A DNA stretch of 64,000 bases, taken from NCBI GenBank assembly GCA_038727095.1, contig JAVYWK010000002.1, forward strand, positions 32,001 to 96,000. Reading direction: 5' to 3'. This stretch comes from Thermofilaceae archaeon. GTDB taxonomy: Archaea > Thermoproteota > Thermoprotei > Thermofilales > Thermofilaceae. Shown piece by piece: positions 60,537 through 64,000 of this stretch. The position numbers and the translations under genes were made by a program. A model generated the notes under the pieces. The model was not told the origin of the DNA. It searched no databases and was given only the letters and a program-made list of their open reading frames with translations. How positions within the stretch are numbered: position 1 is the first letter of the stretch; every line of letters begins with the position of its first letter.

Positions 60537-61802
60537 TTAAGGTACGAGTCTGTGTTGGTCGCGCGGGAAAAGCACCACCTCTCTGATATTCTGAGACCCA
60601 GTTATAACCATGACCAGCCTGTCTAGACCCATTCCGAAACCGCCGTGAGGAGGCATCCCATACTTGAACGCCCTAAGGTAGAAGTCGAAATCGCTGGGAT
60701 CCAACCCCTTTTCCATCATGTTCTGAACAAGTTTATCGTAGTTATGCTCCCTCTGTCCGCCCGAAGCTAGCTCTAGCCCTCTGTAATCAAGATCAAAAGA
60801 GGCGCTCACTTCTCCCTTACGCATTATGTAGAAGGGTTTAGCCTGCCAGGGGTACTCCACAATAAAGTACGCGTCATACCCCTCCTCAACCATATTTTGA
60901 CCGATTGCCCTCTCCTCGTCGCTACCAAAGTCCTGCCCCCACTCTACACGGAACCCCCTAGCCTTCAGAATCTCAAGCGCTTCATCGTACGTCAATCGCT
61001 TGAAAGGTGAACGAGGGGCTCTTAGCTCTACGCCTAACTCCCGGAGCTCTCGGTGGGCATTCACTCGGAGGTATTCAAAAACGTGGAGGATGAGCTTCTC
61101 CAGAAGCGCCACGACGTCCTCAGGCCCCCTTATGAACGCCATTTCGACATCAACCCCCCAGCTCTCGTTAAGATGCCTGCTCGTGCTGAAAGGTTCAGCT
61201 CTGAAGTAAGGTGTTATTTCGTACACTCGGGAGCACCCGCACATGAGCATCTGCTTGTATAGCTGGGGGCTTTGAGCCAGGTACGCAGTTCCACCAAAGT
61301 AATCGAGCCGGAATAGAGTAGCTCCACCCTCTGCACCCGCTCCGCATATCTTGGGGGTGTGCACCTCTAGGAAGCCCAGACCCTCTAGAAACTCTCTCAC
61401 AGCCTTGGTTACCATAGCTCTAACCCTGAAAAGTGCGCGCTGCCGGGGAATTCGCAACGCTACGTAGCGGTGGTCAATAAGAGTGTCGAGCAGAGCAGGT
61501 GTTTTGCCGGTTGGATCGAGGGGGAGCAGGTCTAACGGCTCAGCAACGATCCTGAGATCGTGAGCCCGCACTTCGATACCTCTCTTGCTGATCTGCGCCG
61601 CAGGTACATCACCCCTCACGGTAATAGCTGTACCGACCTTGACTTCTGCCACCGTTCTCCAAGCTTCCGGGTTTTCATCGCGTTTAACGACGACGGTGTA
61701 CAGTTGCAGATCGACCCCATCGATCACCTCTAAGAAAGCTATTCCGCCCAGTGTCCTTACAGAGTTAACCCAACCATTGACTTGAACCTGCCCTTCTTGC
61801 AC
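60537..61802 (-). CDS. aspS: Aspartyl-tRNA synthetase (archaeal type)
   Basis: OB-fold N-terminus, AEGGATLF, LAQSPQLYKQ, FRAE, GMPPHGGFGMGLDR. Confidence 0.95.
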   Translation of the reverse strand: MQEGQVQVNGWVNSVRTLGGIAFLEVIDGVDLQLYTVVVKRDENPEAWRTVAEVKVGTAITVRGDVPAAQISKRGIEVRAHDLRIVAEPLDLLPLDPTGKTPALLDTLIDHRYVALRIPRQRALFRVRAMVTKAVREFLEGLGFLEVHTPKICGAGAEGGATLFRLDYFGGTAYLAQSPQLYKQMLMCGCSRVYEITPYFRAEPFSTSRHLNESWGVDVEMAFIRGPEDVVALLEKLILHVFEYLRVNAHRELRELGVELRAPRSPFKRLTYDEALEILKARGFRVEWGQDFGSDEERAIGQNMVEEGYDAYFIVEYPWQAKPFYIMRKGEVSASFDLDYRGLELASGGQREHNYDKLVQNMMEKGLDPSDFDFYLRAFKYGMPPHGGFGMGLDRLVMVITGSQNIREVVLFPRDQHRLVP

Positions 61803-61886
61803 GATCCTTGCCCGGGTATCATCTCGTTATAAACCCTCACTGTAGGTGACGACAGTCTTATCTCCCGGCTGAGACATAATCCCTCT

Positions 61887-64000
61887 GTGGGCTCGCAGAG
61901 AGCAAAGGCGCTGTACTTGCTTGACGTGGAGTATGATGGCAAGCTTGGTAAGGCCGTCATGAAGTTCTACGACGAAGAAGAGGGCAGACTAGTCGAGCTG
62001 CCAGATGGCAACGGACATAAGCCTTACCTCCTCACGGATCTCTCGCCTGAAGCGTTGGTACAAAAGCACCCTGACGTGTTGAAGCACAGGGGGTTTGATC
62101 ACTTAGAAGTGGTTGAGAAGTATGATCCTCTACAGGATAGAAACGTACTAATGACCAAGGTTATAGCAAGAGACCCATTGTCTATTGGTGGTACCCGCGG
62201 AGCGCTGAGGGAGTTGCTTAAGGATCACGCTTGGGAGGCTAGAATCAGGTATCACCACTGTTACGCATACGATACGGGGCTAATTCCTGGAATGCCCTAT
62301 GTGCTGTCTGGCGAAGGAGTGAAAGCTATTGATGTAGAGATCCCTGAAAGCATCATCACCGAATTGAGGAAGCTCTACGGTAGCGACGAAGAGCAGCTTC
62401 GTAGAGCTCTAGAGTGGGCGAAACTGTTCCAGGCGCCTGTCCCACTCATCAAGCGGGTCTCGCTCGACATAGAGGTGTACTCGCCGGAGCCTAATAGGGT
62501 TCCTAGACCCAACGAGGCTCCCTACCCAGTGATAGCGGTTTCCCTCTGCGCGTCGGACGGGTATAAGCGCACCCTACTACTGGTGCGCCCGGAACTGGGA
62601 GACCCCGTCCCGCTTGAGAACGTCGAGTACTTCAACAGTGAGCGCGAGCTATTGCGGAGAGCCTTTGAAATCCTGAGAAAATACCCCGTAGTACTTACGT
62701 TTAATGGCGACGCATTCGACTTGCCTTACCTTAGGATCCGAGCCCTTAAGCTCGGCTTTAGCGAGGATGAGATTCCAGTAAGGTGGGAGCGAGGTGCCGA
62801 TTACGCGAGACTGAAGAGCTCGCTTCACATAGACCTTTACAAGTTCTTCACGAATAAATCGATGAAGACCTACGCTTTCGGGGGGAAGTACAGAGAGGGG
62901 CGTTCTCTAGATGAGATTTCCGAGGCGCTCCTGGGAGTGGGAAAGGTCAAACCGGATAGGCCGATCCCCTCGCTAAGCTACACGGAGCTAGCGAAGTACA
63001 GCTTAAGAGACGCTGAGTTAACTTACGCTTTGACGTCCTTCAACGACGACCTGGTGCTAAAGCTCATGGTGCTCATGATGAGAGTCTCTAAGCTCGGCGT
63101 AGAGGATTTAACAAGGCACAACATATCAACCTGGATTCGCAGCCTCCTCCACTACGAACATAGAAGGCGTGGGTACCTGATACCCAACGAGGAGGATATC
63201 CGCAAGTACAAGGGTTACACGGACACCCGTGCCGTCATAAAAGGGAAGAAGTACCTAGGAGCGGTCGTAATCGACCCGCCGAAGGGTATATTCTTCAACG
63301 TGACGGTCGTCGACTTCGCATCGCTATACCCGTCAGTAATCAAAAGGTGGAACCTTTCTTATGAAACCGTAAGGTGCCCGCACGAAGACTGCAAGAGCAA
63401 CACGATACCCGGGTTGAGCCACTGGGTGTGTACGAAGCAGAAAGGCATAATGTCGGAAATTGTCGGCTTCCTCAGGGATTTCAGAGTTCACATTTACAAG
63501 AAACTTGCGAAAACGGAAGACGATCCCATGAGGAAGAGGCACTACGACGTCGTACAAAGCGCGCTTAAGGTCTTCATCAACGCGAGCTACGGCGTCTTCG
63601 GGGCAGAAACGTTCCCCTTGTACTGTCCACCGGTGGCGGAAGCAACGACAGCGCTCGGACGCTACCTGATGGTTCAAACCTTGAGAAGGGCGCTGGAACT
63701 GGGCCTACCAGTCCTATACGGCGACACAGATTCCCTCTTCCTCTGGAACCCCCAGTCGAGCAAGCTAGACGAATTGATCAGCTGGGTGAGAGACTTACAA
63801 GTCGACCTTGACATCGATAAGAGGTACGTGTGGGTCGCGTTCAGTGGTCGCAAGAAAAACTACGTTGGGATTCTCGACAACGGGCTAGTTGACGCCAAAG
63901 GGATTGTCGGTAAGAAACGGAACACACCGGAACTGATCAAGGGTTTCGTGATGCAGGTCATCGATCTCCTGAGTGCAACCAACGATCTTCAACAGCTGGA
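61887..64000 (+). CDS. polB1: Family B DNA polymerase, crenarchaeal PolB1 (runs off the window end; not in the ORF track)
   Basis: Manual translation: LYLLDVEYDGKLGKAVMKFYD, GHKPY, SLDIEVYS, TFNGDAFDLPYL, VDFASLYPS, KVFINASYGVFG, YGDTDS, KKNY. Confidence 0.95.
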   Translation, partial: MGSQRAKALYLLDVEYDGKLGKAVMKFYDEEEGRLVELPDGNGHKPYLLTDLSPEALVQKHPDVLKHRGFDHLEVVEKYDPLQDRNVLMTKVIARDPLSIGGTRGALRELLKDHAWEARIRYHHCYAYDTGLIPGMPYVLSGEGVKAIDVEIPESIITELRKLYGSDEEQLRRALEWAKLFQAPVPLIKRVSLDIEVYSPEPNRVPRPNEAPYPVIAVSLCASDGYKRTLLLVRPELGDPVPLENVEYFNSERELLRRAFEILRKYPVVLTFNGDAFDLPYLRIRALKLGFSEDEIPVRWERGADYARLKSSLHIDLYKFFTNKSMKTYAFGGKYREGRSLDEISEALLGVGKVKPDRPIPSLSYTELAKYSLRDAELTYALTSFNDDLVLKLMVLMMRVSKLGVEDLTRHNISTWIRSLLHYEHRRRGYLIPNEEDIRKYKGYTDTRAVIKGKKYLGAVVIDPPKGIFFNVTVVDFASLYPSVIKRWNLSYETVRCPHEDCKSNTIPGLSHWVCTKQKGIMSEIVGFLRDFRVHIYKKLAKTEDDPMRKRHYDVVQSALKVFINASYGVFGAETFPLYCPPVAEATTALGRYLMVQTLRRALELGLPVLYGDTDSLFLWNPQSSKLDELISWVRDLQVDLDIDKRYVWVAFSGRKKNYVGILDNGLVDAKGIVGKKRNTPELIKGFVMQVIDLLSATNDLQQL

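Noticed and set aside
61757-61840. Possible frameshift at the aspS 5' end (upstream out-of-frame GTG reading MRVYNEMIPG)
   Set aside because: A TTTATAA box about 25 nt upstream of GTG 61802 supports a leaderless start there, and the OB domain is essentially complete

Overview
Core chromosomal segment of a hyperthermophilic crenarchaeon. It is most consistent with Thermofilaceae (inferred from PolB1, Elf1, fused RpoB with split RpoA1/A2, an unlinked 5S rRNA, BHB introns in all four tRNAs and an OB-fold RPA-like protein). It encodes mostly housekeeping functions: FEN1, Cdc48, the RNA polymerase operon, fragmented ribosomal protein clusters, a TFS-PCNA-PriL-PriS-GINS-L44e-S27e-aIF2a-Nop10 cluster, AglB, GGGP and DGGGP synthases, PEP synthase, enolase, AspRS and PolB1. 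It also has four intron-containing tRNAs, a 5S rRNA and a box C/D sRNA. I saw no CRISPR array, IS element, integrase or intein. The most notable observations are: (1) a small three-TM protein resembling eukaryotic OST subunit DC2/OST3-6, about 11 kb from aglB; (2) an ABC importer with two different ATPases whose non-canonical motifs all fall in one composite ATP site, with an embedded DUF47/PhoU-like gene and near-identical DNA tracts shared by the two ATPase genes; (3) a nucleotidyltransferase paired with a catalytically degenerate phosphomannomutase; (4) unannotated structured-RNA candidates and a 54-aa zinc-ribbon gene missing from the ORF track. All family calls come from motif recognition by eye, not database searches.
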